NCBI GenBank assembly: GCA_951406725.2
Contig: OX597832.1
Span: 44,826,001 to 44,890,000 of the forward strand
DNA from: Octopus vulgaris
Lineage: Eukaryota
Direction of reading: 5' to 3'
DNA: 64,000 bases
Positions 63,820-64,000 of this stretch are shown here, one piece after another (positions within the stretch are counted from its first letter, which is position 1; the number at the start of each line of letters is the position of its first letter). Under the pieces are notes generated by a model that was not told where the DNA came from, did not search any database, and was given only the letters and a program-made list of their open reading frames with translations. A program made the position numbers and the translations under genes.

Positions 63820-63978
63820 AGGTTTCAAGTTTAGGCACAGGGCTAGCAGTTTTTGAAGGGGAGTAAGTTGAATACATTGACCCCAAACAGATGAAGTGCA
63901 AAATTGTCCACAGTAGAATTTGAACTCAGCACATAAGCATTTTACCCAGCCTGCTAATGATTCTGCTAGCCCACTGCC
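63820..63978 (-). mobile_element. SINE family B-related, diverged
   Basis: AGAATTTGAACTCAG...GATTCTGCTAGCCCACTGCCTT is the reverse complement of the family B head. Confidence 0.7.
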
Positions 63979-64000
63979 TTAGTACTTTTAATTATAATAA

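Overview
Eukaryotic, AT-rich, gene-poor (intergenic or deep-intronic) DNA, most likely from an Octopus genome. That assignment is inferred from the SINE families and the microsatellite load. I found no credible host protein-coding exon: nearly all ORFs in the track are translated microsatellites or SINEs. The window holds a 128-bp satellite (1-~3484), dozens of SINE copies from five families, 3' fragments of LINEs (R4/Dong-like RLE, CR1/L2-group, RTE), a solo LTR with TSD, a non-autonomous Helitron, a Helentron/HINE-like element, a mariner fragment and two MITEs. The most notable signal is a dispersed set of short non-coding islands in or beside (TA)n/(TAA)n tracts. They carry type I hammerhead ribozyme motifs (near-canonical at 60126-60189 and 53495-53532, variants at 7528, 8759, 20049, 38633, 42360 and 62605) and/or long fold-back inverted repeats. 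They look like non-autonomous Penelope-like (pLTR)/retrozyme-type elements. One has a circularly permuted layout and one has a compensatory A3-U8 core variant. All structures were read by eye; coordinates of degenerate repeats are approximate.
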